Assembly (NCBI GenBank): GCA_965198225.1
Contig: CBDAOY010000008.1
Span: 96,001 to 160,000, forward strand
Length of the DNA: 64,000 bases
Direction: 5' to 3'
Source: Terriglobia bacterium
GTDB lineage: Bacteria; Acidobacteriota; Terriglobia; 20CM-2-55-15
A model generated the notes under the pieces. The model was given only the letters and a program-made list of their open reading frames with translations. It was not told the origin of the DNA and searched no databases. Shown piece by piece: positions 9,347 through 20,179 of the stretch (position 1 is the first letter of the stretch; every line of letters begins with the position of its first letter). Position numbers and translations under genes: made by a program.

Positions 9347-10066
9347 ATGAACGCTAACGGCTCAATCGCGATCATACCTGCACGCTACCAGTCGAGCCGT
9401 CTCCCCGGTAAACCTCTCAGAGAAATCAACGGTCGCACCCTGATCGAACACGTCTACCGCAGGGTCGAGCTGGCGCGCGGTCTGGACCGAATTCTCGTCG
9501 CGACCGACGACGATCGGATCCAGGAGGCCGTCAAGAGTTTCGGCGGAGACGCCGTCCTGACACGGACCGATCACGAAAGCGGAACCGACCGGCTGGCCGA
9601 GGCAGCAGCCGACCTGCCGGACGACACGATCGTCGTTAACGTCCAGGGTGACGAGCCGCTGATCGAGCCCGAAGTCATCGAGAAAGCTCTCGATGCCGCG
9701 CGAACTCGGGAGGGAGACGTCGTCACATTGATGACGACGCTCGGCGACCCCTCGGCCATTGCCGATCCCAACCGCGTCAAGGTTGTTGTCGACCGCGCCG
9801 GATACGCGTTGTATTTCTCGCGGTCCCCGATTCCCTCATCGGGGGACTGCTTCCTCCATCTTGGACTCTACGCATACCGGGTTGGTTTTATTAAATTCTT
9901 TACTACGTTGGAACAGACACCGCTCGAACGAGCCGAGCGGCTGGAACAGTTGAGGATGGTTGAGCACGGGTTCAAGATCCGTGTGGTTGAAGTCCAGAGT
10001 CAGTCGTGGGGAATCGACACCCCGGCCGATCTGGAAGAATTTCAGAAGCTGTTGGGGCGTAATTAA
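9347..10066 (+). CDS. kdsB: 3-deoxy-manno-octulosonate cytidylyltransferase
   Basis: [33 protein letters not shown]; start placed at ATG 9347. Confidence 0.95.
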   Translation: MNANGSIAIIPARYQSSRLPGKPLREINGRTLIEHVYRRVELARGLDRILVATDDDRIQEAVKSFGGDAVLTRTDHESGTDRLAEAAADLPDDTIVVNVQGDEPLIEPEVIEKALDAARTREGDVVTLMTTLGDPSAIADPNRVKVVVDRAGYALYFSRSPIPSSGDCFLHLGLYAYRVGFIKFFTTLEQTPLERAERLEQLRMVEHGFKIRVVEVQSQSWGIDTPADLEEFQKLLGRN

Positions 10067-11697
10067 TGGACAAGAAGTTCATATTCGTAACTGGAGGCGT
10101 CGTTTCGTCCCTTGGCAAAGGGCTGGCGTCGGCCTCGATCGGGTGCCTGCTGGAGAGCCGCGGATTTCGGGTCAGCATTCTCAAATTCGACCCGTACCTC
10201 AACGTCGATCCGGGGACGATGAGTCCCTACCAGCATGGTGAAGTCTACGTGACCGATGACGGGGCCGAGACGGACCTGGATCTGGGTCACTACGAACGGT
10301 ACACGCACGCGGAACTCACGCGCAGGAACAACGTCACGGCCGGACGAATCTACGAGACCATCGTCCAGAAGGAGCGGCGGGGCGATTACCTTGGAAACAC
10401 GGTCCAGGTGATTCCCCACGTCACCAACGAGATCAAGGCGGCCGTGCACCGCGTCGCCGAGAAGACCGACATCACGATCGTGGAAGTCGGCGGCACGGTC
10501 GGCGACATCGAGTCTCTTCCGTTTCTCGAGGCGATCCGGCAGTTTCGGCACGGAATCGGCCGTGGCAACGCAATATTCATTCACCTCACCCTGGTGCCGT
10601 TCATCTCGACAGCCGGCGAACTCAAGACCAAGCCGACACAGCACAGCGTGAAGGAACTGCGCGAGATAGGTATTCAGCCCGACATTCTCCTCTGTCGGAC
10701 GGACCGCTACCTGTCGAACGACTTGAAGGCTAAAGTCGCGTTGTTCTGCAACGTAAACGAAGAGGCCGTCATCACGGCCAAGGACGTCGAGAGTATCTAT
10801 GAGGTGCCGCTCGTCCTGAGCGGGGAGGGGCTGGACGACCAGATCGTGAACCTCCTGGATCTGCCCGAATCCGAGAGAAAGATGGACAGGTGGGAGGGTT
10901 TGATCCAGCGGCTTCATGATCTTGGCGACGAGGTGAAGATCGGTGTCGTCGGGAAGTACGTCGAGCTCGAAGACGCGTACAAGAGCCTGCGCGAGGCGTT
11001 GATTCATGGCGGCATCGCTCACGGGCTTCGGACCCGCATCGAGTGGGTCGAGGCTGAGCGTCTCGAAGGTCGCAACGACGTTCCGGAGTTACACGAGTTT
11101 GACGGCATCCTGGTGCCCGGGGGCTTCGGGAAGCGTGGGATCCTCGGGATGGTTCGTGCGATCCAGTTCGCCAGGGAGTCGCGTGTTCCTTACTTCGGTA
11201 TCTGTCTCGGGATGCAGTGCGCCGTCATCGAGTACGCACGCAATGTTGCGGGATTGGAGAAGGCCGACAGCACCGAGTTCGACATCAACACATCCAACCC
11301 GGTGATCTACAAGTTGAGGGATCTGCTCGGCGTCGATACGATCGGCGGAACCATGAGACTGGGTGCGTATCCGTGCGAGCTGGCGCCGCGATCGTTGGTC
11401 AACAGAATCTACGAGCAGTCGGTCATTTCCGAGCGGCACCGGCACCGGTATGAGTTCAACCGTGGTTTCGAGGACATCCTGAGGGATGCGGGCCTGGTGA
11501 TTTCCGGTGTTTCCCCCGATAAGAATTTCGTCGAAGTCGTTGAACTTCAGGACCATCCATGGTTCCTGGGATGCCAGTTCCATCCGGAGTTCAAGTCCAG
11601 GCCGTTGGAACCTCACCCCCTGTTCGTGTCATTCCTCGGCGCGGCCTACGAACACCAGAAGCTGCGGCAGCAGGCAGACCAGGTTGTCGCCAAATAG
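10066..11697 (+). CDS. pyrG: CTP synthase
   Basis: [31 protein letters not shown] and QFHPEF. Confidence 0.98.
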   Translation: MDKKFIFVTGGVVSSLGKGLASASIGCLLESRGFRVSILKFDPYLNVDPGTMSPYQHGEVYVTDDGAETDLDLGHYERYTHAELTRRNNVTAGRIYETIVQKERRGDYLGNTVQVIPHVTNEIKAAVHRVAEKTDITIVEVGGTVGDIESLPFLEAIRQFRHGIGRGNAIFIHLTLVPFISTAGELKTKPTQHSVKELREIGIQPDILLCRTDRYLSNDLKAKVALFCNVNEEAVITAKDVESIYEVPLVLSGEGLDDQIVNLLDLPESERKMDRWEGLIQRLHDLGDEVKIGVVGKYVELEDAYKSLREALIHGGIAHGLRTRIEWVEAERLEGRNDVPELHEFDGILVPGGFGKRGILGMVRAIQFARESRVPYFGICLGMQCAVIEYARNVAGLEKADSTEFDINTSNPVIYKLRDLLGVDTIGGTMRLGAYPCELAPRSLVNRIYEQSVISERHRHRYEFNRGFEDILRDAGLVISGVSPDKNFVEVVELQDHPWFLGCQFHPEFKSRPLEPHPLFVSFLGAAYEHQKLRQQADQVVAK

Positions 11698-11713
11698 ACC
11701 GGCTGCTCGCGCC

Positions 11714-12532
11714 ATGACCGCCAGCTACGGCATTTCCGATTACGACCTTTCGCGCGATTTCTTCCTGATCGGCGGGCCCTGCGTTGTCGAAAGCGCGGAC
11801 CACGCGAAGTTCATGGCCACCGAGATCAGGAAGATCACTTCCGACCTGGGTCTGCCCTTCATATTCAAGGCGTCTTACGACAAGGCGAACCGGACATCGG
11901 TTCGCTCCTACCGCGGTCCGGGCCTGGAGAAAGGTCTGGAGATCCTGTCCGAGGTCCGGGAAGAGGTCGGTGTTCCCGTTCTTTCGGACATTCATGAGCC
12001 ATCCCACGCTGCAGCGGCTGGGGAAGTACTCGACATCCTCCAGATTCCGGCGTTTCTGTGTCGGCAGACCGATCTGATCGTGGCGGCGGCCGAGACGGGC
12101 AGGATCGTCAACATCAAGAAAGGGCAGTTCGTCGGGCCGCACGACATGGAGCATGCGGTAGAGAAAGCCCGGCAGGCGGGCAACGAGCGGGTCATCTTGA
12201 CCGAGCGTGGAAGTTCCTTCGGCTACAACAACCTCGTGGTGGACTTCCGGTCGTTTTCGATCATGCAGAGTATGGGCTGTCCCGTGGTTTTCGACATCAC
12301 GCACAGCCTGCAACTCCCAGGAGGGCAGGGAAGCGCTTCGGGGGGACAACCGGAGTTTATCCCGAACCTGGCCCGGGCCGGCGTCGCGGCAGGAGTCGAC
12401 GGCGTGTTCATGGAGATCCACGACGATCCCTCGAAAGCCCTGTCCGATGGTCCGAATGCCTTGAACCTCTCCCTGTTGCCGGATCTGCTGGAAGAGCTGC
12501 TTTCCATTCGCCGATGTCTCAAGAAGAACTGA
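11714..12532 (+). CDS. kdsA: KDO-8-phosphate synthase
   Basis: GPCVVES, KASYDKANRTS, QIPAFLCRQTDL, KKGQF, ALSDGPN; ATG 11714. Confidence 0.96.
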   Translation: MTASYGISDYDLSRDFFLIGGPCVVESADHAKFMATEIRKITSDLGLPFIFKASYDKANRTSVRSYRGPGLEKGLEILSEVREEVGVPVLSDIHEPSHAAAAGEVLDILQIPAFLCRQTDLIVAAAETGRIVNIKKGQFVGPHDMEHAVEKARQAGNERVILTERGSSFGYNNLVVDFRSFSIMQSMGCPVVFDITHSLQLPGGQGSASGGQPEFIPNLARAGVAAGVDGVFMEIHDDPSKALSDGPNALNLSLLPDLLEELLSIRRCLKKN

Positions 12533-13053
12533 CGGACCTGGTCCGCGACATCGAGCTCATCCTGATGGATGTCGATGGCGTCCTGACCGACGGCAAGCTC
12601 TCGTTCGTGCCGAACGGGGAGGAACTCGTCGAGGTGAAGTCCTTCAGCGTCCTGGACGGGGCCGGAATAGCTCTGGCCCACCGCGCAGGGTTGAAGACGG
12701 GCTGGGTGTCGGCAAGAGGCTCGCCGGTCGTCAAGAAGCGGGCGGCGGAGCTATCGGTCGAGTTCGTTTATCTAGAAGTGCGCGACAAGCGTTCGGCACT
12801 CGACGAGATTCTTGCCGACAGCGGCATCGCGTCCGAACGTGTCTGCTTCATCGGAGACGAAGTCGTCGACCTCCCGGCGATGACGCGCGTCCGGTTCCCC
12901 GTCGCGGTGGCGAACGCGGCTTCCGAGGTCAAGGCGCGTGCGGCCTACCTGACCCGCGCGTCGGGCGGGAACGGTGCCGTCCGGGAGACGATCGAGTTGA
13001 TCCTGAAGGCACAGGGAAAGTGGGACGCCGCGATCGCCGAGTTTCTCGCCTGA
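12514..13053 (+). CDS. kdsC: KDO-8-phosphate phosphatase (HAD family)
   Basis: DVDGVLTDG, GDEVVD, GGNGAVRE; ATG 12514 overlaps the kdsA end. Confidence 0.92.
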   Translation: MSQEELTDLVRDIELILMDVDGVLTDGKLSFVPNGEELVEVKSFSVLDGAGIALAHRAGLKTGWVSARGSPVVKKRAAELSVEFVYLEVRDKRSALDEILADSGIASERVCFIGDEVVDLPAMTRVRFPVAVANAASEVKARAAYLTRASGGNGAVRETIELILKAQGKWDAAIAEFLA

Positions 13054-13090
13054 GCGTCGTACGAACGGTTCTGCTTACGCAACCGCTCAA

Positions 13091-13827
13091 GCAAAACTCC
13101 GGGATCGAGTGTAGGTGCGCTCTATGAGCGCACAGAGTTTCAGTTCGAAGAATGTGCGGTCATAGACCGCCCCTACACCGGCGTGTGGAGTTGGGCTCCT
13201 CCAAAACCCACTCCCCTCACGCAAAACTCCGGGATCGAGTGTAGGTGCGCTCTATGAGCGCACAGAGTTTCGGTTCGAAGAATGTGCGGTCATAGACCGC
13301 CCCTACACCGGCGTGTGGAGTTGGGCTCCTCCAAGACCCACTCCCCTCACGCAAAACTCCGGGATCGAGTGTAGGTGCGCTCTATGAGCGCACAGAGTTT
13401 CGGTTCGAAGAATGTGCGGTCATAGACCGCCCCTACACCGGCGTGTGGAGTTGGGCTCCTCCAAGATCCACTCCCCTCAAGCGAACTCCCGGATCGAGTG
13501 TAGGTGCGCTCTATGAGCGCACAGAGTTTCAGTTCGAAGAATGTGCGGTCATAGACCGCCCCTACACCGCCGTGTGGAGTTGGGCTCGTCCAAAATCCAC
13601 TCCCCTCACGCAAAACTCCGGGATCGAGTGTAGGTGCGCTCTATGAGCGCACAGAGTTTCGGTTCGAAGAATGTGCGGTCATAGACCGCCCCTACACCGC
13701 CGTGTGGAGTTGGGCTCCTCCAAAACCCACTCCCCTCAAGCGAACTCCAGGATCGAGTGTAGGTGGGCTCTATGAGCGCACAGAGTTTGGGTTCGAAGAA
13801 TGTGCGGTCATAGACCGCCCCTACACC
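13091..13827. repeat. tandem array of ~130-bp units, each holding a REP doublet (BIME-2-like)
   Basis: Units start near 13091, 13221, 13351, 13481, 13610 and 13740 and are near-identical along their whole length. Confidence 0.93.
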
Positions 13828-13967
13828 ACGTTCTTCAATTGTTTCCCCCCATTCCGACGCGTAACATAACTCCAGACTCCTTAACGATTACTCGGGTGCT
13901 GGGGCGGCGACTGTTTTGCCCTGGCAGGGCCAAAGAGACTCCAATAAAGTGAGTTCTCATTGACAGT

Positions 13968-15797
13968 ATGCTGCGCGCGCCACTGATTCTTGTTCTTCTG
14001 GCTGCCCTTGCGGGCGGGGACGATCCTTACTGTCCCGCCTATCCCAAACCGGTGCGTCAAGCCCACCTGGCCCGGCTTGAAATGGAGCGTTCGGCCCAGG
14101 CTCTGTCGACCAACCTCGTCGAGCCGGTCGTGAACTGGTCCGGCCCCAGGAACATACCGACCCTGGCCGGAAACAACTTCATCGACGACTACATCTTCGC
14201 CAAGATGGAGAGCGGAGGAGTCGAACCTGCCCCGCTGACGACCGATACCGACATCCTCCGGCGCATGTCTCTCGACCTGACGGGCCGGATTCCCGCGATC
14301 GAACAGGTGCAAAGCTTCGTCGCCGACCCGGACCCGGCCAAGCGCGCCAAGTTGATCGAACAGCTGATCAACTCCCCGGCTTTCGTCGACTACTGGACAG
14401 CGTTCTTTGCGAATCATTTCGAGGTCACGAGCGAGTACTACTATTTCATCGGTATTCCGGGTCGCAACCTCTTCTACAACTACCTGCGTGATTTCGTCGC
14501 CAGCGATCGCTCTTACAGGGATGTCGTCAACGAGTTGATTTCATCCAGCGGGGACTCGCTGGAGCGGGGAGAGCTGAACTTCCTGGTGCGAGGTGTCCAG
14601 CAGGGGGATCCCATCCAGGACACCTGGGATGTCGTGACCGATCGGATCACGACGAAGTTCCTCGGCGTCCAGACGGAGTGCGTGTCCTGTCACCACGGAT
14701 CGAATCACCTGGAAGAGATCAATCTCTACCTGGCGGAGCGGACCCGGGAGGAATTCTGGGGCCTCTCCGCATTCCTGTCGCGGACCAATTTCATTCAACT
14801 GGCCGCCGACGCGTTCGATGAGCAGTCGCACTTTCTGATCAACGACCGTTCAAGGGGCGCCTACACCGGTTCGGTTGACCCAAACAATCCGGGTCCTCGC
14901 CCTTTCCGAACCAGTACCGCCGTGACGCCGGCCTACATGTTCGGCGGTGAGGCGCTCGGGTCGGGAGCCTGGAGGTCGGAGCTGGCCCGCATGGTTGTTT
15001 CGGATCGGCAATTCGCCCGTGCGACGGTGAATTACCTGTGGGCCCATTTCTTCGGGTCCGGGATCGTGGACCCCGTCGACGGTTGGGATCTGTCGCGCAT
15101 CGATCCGGCCAACCCGCCGCCGGCACCCTGGGCGTTGCAGCCGACGCACCCGAGGCTGATCGAAGCCCTGGCTGACGAGTTCATCCGCAGTGACTACAGC
15201 ATCCGGAGCGTGGTTCGACTGATCGTCCAGTCGCGGACGTACCAGCTGTCGAGCAGCTACCCCGGCGACTGGCGGCCGGAATACGAACTCTATTTCGGCA
15301 AGCACCAACCCCGCCGCCTGAAGCCCGAGGAAATCTACGACGCCCTCACTACGGCGACGATGACCGAGACCCCGATGTACGTCGAAGGATTCGATAACCC
15401 GCTGTATTACGCGATGCAGTTGCCCGACCCCAGCGAGCCTCGGAGTAACTACCAGATCATGGACTTCCTGGACAAGCTAGGCCGGGGGGATTGGTGGCAG
15501 AGGCCCCCGAGCCAAGATTCCACCGTCCTTCAGGCATTGCTGCTGATGAACGACTACACCCTCAACTCCCGGGCGTTCGCCAACCGCGGCGTTTTGACGA
15601 ATGTCACCCGTGTGGCGCAGGCCGGCCTGGGCGATCGGGAGGCGATCGATCGACTGTTTCTGTCCACGCTGGGCCGATGGTCCACGGACGAGGAATTCGA
15701 GATTCTGCTCAGTACAAAGACTGCCAACTATGAGCGATGGCTCGCGGACTGCCAGTGGGCCCTGCTGAACAAGCTCTATTTTATTTTCAACTACTGA
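13968..15797 (+). CDS. DUF1549/DUF1553 (PSCyt/PSD1-type) exported protein with CxxCH
   Basis: NFIDDYI, LRRMSLDLTGRIP, FLGVQTECVSCHH, FARATVNYLWAHFFGSGIV, PTHPRL, SRTYQLSS. Confidence 0.88.
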   Translation: MLRAPLILVLLAALAGGDDPYCPAYPKPVRQAHLARLEMERSAQALSTNLVEPVVNWSGPRNIPTLAGNNFIDDYIFAKMESGGVEPAPLTTDTDILRRMSLDLTGRIPAIEQVQSFVADPDPAKRAKLIEQLINSPAFVDYWTAFFANHFEVTSEYYYFIGIPGRNLFYNYLRDFVASDRSYRDVVNELISSSGDSLERGELNFLVRGVQQGDPIQDTWDVVTDRITTKFLGVQTECVSCHHGSNHLEEINLYLAERTREEFWGLSAFLSRTNFIQLAADAFDEQSHFLINDRSRGAYTGSVDPNNPGPRPFRTSTAVTPAYMFGGEALGSGAWRSELARMVVSDRQFARATVNYLWAHFFGSGIVDPVDGWDLSRIDPANPPPAPWALQPTHPRLIEALADEFIRSDYSIRSVVRLIVQSRTYQLSSSYPGDWRPEYELYFGKHQPRRLKPEEIYDALTTATMTETPMYVEGFDNPLYYAMQLPDPSEPRSNYQIMDFLDKLGRGDWWQRPPSQDSTVLQALLLMNDYTLNSRAFANRGVLTNVTRVAQAGLGDREAIDRLFLSTLGRWSTDEEFEILLSTKTANYERWLADCQWALLNKLYFIFNY

Positions 15798-15838
15798 TCG
15801 GAGATCAGTGGTTGAAGTAGTCGGTAGTCAGTAAAGAG

Positions 15839-17179
15839 ATGAAAGACTGTACCAGCTGCAACAAGATGACGCGTCGTGAGTGGATGAAGCAGGCCGCTTC
15901 GTGGGCGGCTTTCACGGCGCTGGCCCGGCGGGGCGATGCCCAGGTTGTCACCGGCAATGCCCAGGTCCGCGGGACGGCTCGCTCCTGCATTCTCGTCTAC
16001 CTGAACGGTGCCCCGTCCCAGCTGGACACGTTCGACGTCAAAGACAACTCCTGGAATCCCGCCGACATCGACATCCAGCAGCACGGCGATATCGCGCTGT
16101 CGAACACCCTGTTCCCCAAGTTCTCCTCGCTCACCGATGATCTGTGCATCCTGCGCTCGGTCCGAAGCTGGGAAGCCATTCATGAGCGCGGTGTCTTCTA
16201 CATGCAGACCGCCCATCCGGCGAACCCAGCGTTCCTGGTCGAAACGCCCCACATGGGAGCGATCATCGCGACGGAGTTGGGCGGTGCCGGCCCGATGCCG
16301 CCGTTTCTCTCGCTGAATCAGCAAGGGACCGTCCAGGGTTCGACGTTTCTCGGCGGGTCCGTGGCGCCCCTGGCCGCCCCCACCGAAGGGGACGGGCTTT
16401 CGGTAATCCGGCACGACTATTTCGGCGAGGACAGCGAGGCCCGCTTTGCCGAGCGCTCCAGCCTGCTGGACCGGCTTGACGCGCGACTTCGCAATGCCCC
16501 GTTTTCGCAAGCGATGGCCGATCACGCGGCGCACTACGAATCGGCGAAGAGGATGATGTTCGACGAGTCGATCGCCTCGGTGTTCCGGCTTTCCGAGGAG
16601 GAGAACGCGCGCTACGGCGACACGTCGCTCGGGAGAGCTGCCCGAGTCGCGCGAAACGCCATTCGCGCGAAGAACGGAACGGTGTTCGCCGCCCTGACAC
16701 ACTCGGGTTGGGACACGCACCAGAGGATGTTCGACCGCAACAACGACCCGAACATGTACACCCTGTGCAACGAACTGGACAGCGCTATCGGCTCGCTTGT
16801 GGAGGACCTCAAGGCGTCTGGCGATTTCGATCAGACCCTTATCGTCATGCTCGGGGAATTCGGTCGCACACCGGGAGCGCTGAACCTTCAGGGCGGTCGC
16901 GACCATCACAGGGACGCGATGAGCGTTGTCATGATGGGCGGAGGCATCGCCGGGGGGCGCGTCATCGGTGCGACCGATCCCAATGGAGCCGCCATGACGG
17001 AGCCGGGCTGGAGCAGAGGGCGTGCCATCGTGATGGAGGATCTCGCTGCAACGATCTATTCAGCGCTCGGTATCGACTGGACCAAGAGCCTCCTGGACAC
17101 GCCCTCGGGCCGGAAGTTCGAATACGTGCCCAGTGGTCTGAGCGGCGTCTACACGTCGGTCGAGGAAGTATTCAGATGA
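15839..17179 (+). CDS. DUF1501-family protein with Tat signal
   Basis: TRREWM twin-arginine, GAPSQLDTFD, GWDTH, GEFGRTP, GRDH. Confidence 0.9.
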   Translation: MKDCTSCNKMTRREWMKQAASWAAFTALARRGDAQVVTGNAQVRGTARSCILVYLNGAPSQLDTFDVKDNSWNPADIDIQQHGDIALSNTLFPKFSSLTDDLCILRSVRSWEAIHERGVFYMQTAHPANPAFLVETPHMGAIIATELGGAGPMPPFLSLNQQGTVQGSTFLGGSVAPLAAPTEGDGLSVIRHDYFGEDSEARFAERSSLLDRLDARLRNAPFSQAMADHAAHYESAKRMMFDESIASVFRLSEEENARYGDTSLGRAARVARNAIRAKNGTVFAALTHSGWDTHQRMFDRNNDPNMYTLCNELDSAIGSLVEDLKASGDFDQTLIVMLGEFGRTPGALNLQGGRDHHRDAMSVVMMGGGIAGGRVIGATDPNGAAMTEPGWSRGRAIVMEDLAATIYSALGIDWTKSLLDTPSGRKFEYVPSGLSGVYTSVEEVFR

Positions 17180-19974
17180 GAAGCGTTCGCCATCTGATCC
17201 TGCTCGGCCTGATCCTGGTATCGCACCAGAACGCGCACGCGCAGTTCGAAGCGCGCAGTATCGTCGTCAGTGCGCCGAAGACGACCATAGTTGCCGGCGA
17301 GCGGGTTTCCCTGTTTGCCGTGGCGCGGGACGAGAACGGCGCCACGCGCTCCGATGGTTTCCGGTGGGAGTCGGACGATGAAGGAATCCTTACGGTCGAT
17401 CAGCAGGGCATGGTGACCGCTCGGCGAGTCGGCACAACGAACGTCAACGTCAACATCGATGGTGCGTGGACTTTCCTGTCCTTGGTCGTGGTACCGCTGC
17501 GGGTCGACGTAGGGACGAACGCTTCTGAGGTGTTCGTCGGAGACGCCGTTCAGTTCACTGCAACAGCCCGCGACATCAACGGTGCACCGATACCGGACAC
17601 CGAGTTCTACTGGGCTGTGTCGGGTCCGAACGGCTACTACACGCAAACGGCGTCGATCAGCCAGTCGGGGCTGATGCAGGCTCGGGAGGCCGGACAGGTC
17701 ACAGTCAAAGCGACGCTCGAATTCTTTGGGCAGCCGGGCCAGCCGGAGAGGTTTATCGCTTTCACCGATGTCGTCATCACGCGCAGAGCCGAGTTCCGAC
17801 TCTCACGAGTGCTGGCAACCAATCCCGTCGAAGGTCCGTTTGCGATCCGGCAGATCGACTGGTTCGGTCTGGCCGGTAACGATGCCGGACAATTCGGTTT
17901 CGTTTCGTTGCTCGGGGGGGTGACCAGCGGAATCGTTCTCTACAACAACCCCACGCTGGACCTGCTTGCGTCAGCGGGAACTCCAGGAGCCTTTCCACGA
18001 AGTGTCCTGTGGTCGTTCGGGGGAGTGGCCCTGAACAACGAGGGACAGGTCCTGTCGACTGCCGGCACCCGGGGTGCCCCGGGAAGCCTCGTTTTGTCAT
18101 CGGTGAGAGGCACATCTGTCGTCCTGGTAGAGAACCAGACGCAGGGCAGCTTTCAACAGATTCGGAATTTCCAAATCACCCGGTACTCGTTGAACGACAG
18201 CGGCGACATCGTGTTTCGCGGCCAGTACGACCTGTCGGGCGGCCCGGAGGAAAACGGAATATTCAAACTGTCAGGCGGGAACCTCCGTGCGGTCTGGGGG
18301 ACCACGCTGCCTCTTGCGGACTTTCCGGATGGATTCCAGTTTTTCCAGGAGTTTGGCATCGATGGAAACGGAGTGACTTTTTTCACCGTTCAGGATGGAG
18401 CAGCGCGGGCGATCTTTCGCGCGGACGGACTGTCTGCGCCGCAGAAGCTCGTCTCGACCGGCGATTCCCTAGGCGGATCGACGATTGAGTACCTTGCGAA
18501 CATGGCCATCTCGCCGAACGGAACGATCGCCTTCGATGCGGTCCTGACGAACGGCAGGCAGGGCCCGGCCAGGTATGACAGCGCCGGCAACATCGTCATG
18601 ATGGAGGTCGACAACTTCTACCGGACTCATTCGGTCAACGATCGGGGAGAGGTCGCCTTCACCGGCGATGCGGGAGATAACTTCGGCTTCTATCGCTGGG
18701 ACGGGAACAAGGCGACTGCCCTCCTCGTCTGGGGAGATCCGGTCGGCGGTGGAGGCGCCGGACCGTTCAACGACGCCTATATCACTTCTTCCGGCACGGT
18801 TTACGGCCTCATCGGAACGACTGAAGACAACAATGTAGTTGTCGAAGCCGAGTCCAGGCGCGTCCTCTTCAAGGACGGTGATCTTGTGAACGCCAGCGCT
18901 ACCCTGAGCTTCCTGGGTTTTGTTCCCGGAGCCCAGTCCGGTTTCCCATACGTCTACACCGGAGGACAGATACCGAGTATCTTCGAGGTTGCTCCGGCAG
19001 GTCTGGTACCGGTCTGGATGGAAGGGGAACGGCCGGGGGGAGAGACTTCGGACCGCAGCCTGAACACCGCTGCCCGGAACCCGAGGGGTGACCTCTATCT
19101 GGCTCCTGGAGACGGCGTGTTCCGACATACCGGTTCTCTGGAAACGCTTGTCGATTACTCCGAAAGCATTTCAATCAACCCGTTTCAGTCCATCACCCTG
19201 GACTGGACCAATGGTTGGTACGAGGGGGCGAATGAACTCGCGGCCAACGACGCCGGAACGCTCGTCTGGCGAGCCCAGTCCGACTCCTTCAGCCGGCTGC
19301 TTTCATTCGAGAACGGACGCGTGACGGTGTTGGCCAACTTCGGCGGAGACGATCAGACTCCAGCCCCTGGCGGTGGCGTCTTCGAAGACTTGTTCGGAAC
19401 CGGCCGCACTGCCAGTTCGATCGCGATGGACGACCTCGGTCGCGTGATGGTGAGTGCGCAGGTTCGAGACGGCCCCGACGGCGTCTATCTCCATGAGAAC
19501 GGCCAGTGGCAGACGGCGGCCTTGTTCGACCAGACGGTGATCGGGGGTACCGCTGTCAACCGCGTCAACATGTTCCGTGCTGCCGGGGAAAGATTCTTCG
19601 CGGTGTTCAACCGACCATCAAGCGGGCCGGTTCTGGCGGAGTACGTCAAACAGCAGTGGGTGCCGGTAATCCAGACACGCGATACGATGCCCAACGGTGC
19701 CGACATCTATTGGGTGAACGACACGTTCGACGTAAACCGGCGTGGAGACATCGCTCTCTCCCTCAGCGTAACCGGGGGAAGCGCGTTGTTCCTGCGCACC
19801 TCCGATGGAACGATGCACACCGTCTACCGGACCAGTGAGGAGACTGATCAGGGCGATCGGTTCTGGCAATGGCAGGACTTCGATCTCGACCTCCGCGACG
19901 ACGGAAGCCTCTATTTCATCGGAATCGATCTGCTCGACCGCCACGTCATATACCTGGCCGAACCGCTTTTCTGA
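17176..19974 (+). CDS. large exported protein with two Ig-like (Big_2-type) domains and NxxGxxAF-like tandem repeats
   Basis: ATG 17176 overlaps the DUF1501 stop; signal peptide; WESDDEGILTVDQQGMVTA; repeats NDAGQFGF, NNEGQV, NDSGDIVF, NDRGEVAF, NRRGDIAL. Confidence 0.75.
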   Translation: MRSVRHLILLGLILVSHQNAHAQFEARSIVVSAPKTTIVAGERVSLFAVARDENGATRSDGFRWESDDEGILTVDQQGMVTARRVGTTNVNVNIDGAWTFLSLVVVPLRVDVGTNASEVFVGDAVQFTATARDINGAPIPDTEFYWAVSGPNGYYTQTASISQSGLMQAREAGQVTVKATLEFFGQPGQPERFIAFTDVVITRRAEFRLSRVLATNPVEGPFAIRQIDWFGLAGNDAGQFGFVSLLGGVTSGIVLYNNPTLDLLASAGTPGAFPRSVLWSFGGVALNNEGQVLSTAGTRGAPGSLVLSSVRGTSVVLVENQTQGSFQQIRNFQITRYSLNDSGDIVFRGQYDLSGGPEENGIFKLSGGNLRAVWGTTLPLADFPDGFQFFQEFGIDGNGVTFFTVQDGAARAIFRADGLSAPQKLVSTGDSLGGSTIEYLANMAISPNGTIAFDAVLTNGRQGPARYDSAGNIVMMEVDNFYRTHSVNDRGEVAFTGDAGDNFGFYRWDGNKATALLVWGDPVGGGGAGPFNDAYITSSGTVYGLIGTTEDNNVVVEAESRRVLFKDGDLVNASATLSFLGFVPGAQSGFPYVYTGGQIPSIFEVAPAGLVPVWMEGERPGGETSDRSLNTAARNPRGDLYLAPGDGVFRHTGSLETLVDYSESISINPFQSITLDWTNGWYEGANELAANDAGTLVWRAQSDSFSRLLSFENGRVTVLANFGGDDQTPAPGGGVFEDLFGTGRTASSIAMDDLGRVMVSAQVRDGPDGVYLHENGQWQTAALFDQTVIGGTAVNRVNMFRAAGERFFAVFNRPSSGPVLAEYVKQQWVPVIQTRDTMPNGADIYWVNDTFDVNRRGDIALSLSVTGGSALFLRTSDGTMHTVYRTSEETDQGDRFWQWQDFDLDLRDDGSLYFIGIDLLDRHVIYLAEPLF

Positions 19975-19977
19975 GCC

Positions 19978-20175
19978 GTGTACGTGCGGTCTAAGACCGC
20001 ACGTTTCCTCTGGCCGCGACGATGTGCGCTCATAGAGCGCCCCTACACCCGGGCGAGAGACAAGTGTACGCGCGGTCTACGACCGCACGTTTCTACTGGC
20101 CGCGACGATGTGAGCTCATAGAGCGCCCCTACACCCTGGCGATAGATGAAGTGTAGGAATGGTCTATGACCGCAC
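19978..20175. repeat. cluster of two degenerate REP doublets plus one single REP
   Basis: gtgtacgtgcggtctaagaccgcac...gagcgcccctacac, repeated, then gtgtaggaatggtctatgaccgcac. Confidence 0.85.
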
Positions 20176-20179
20176 ATCC

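Noticed and set aside
13091-13827. Possible CRISPR array
   Set aside because: The segments between palindromes are near-identical rather than unique spacers, the period is 130 bp, there are no cas genes, and the same motif is dispersed as REPs.
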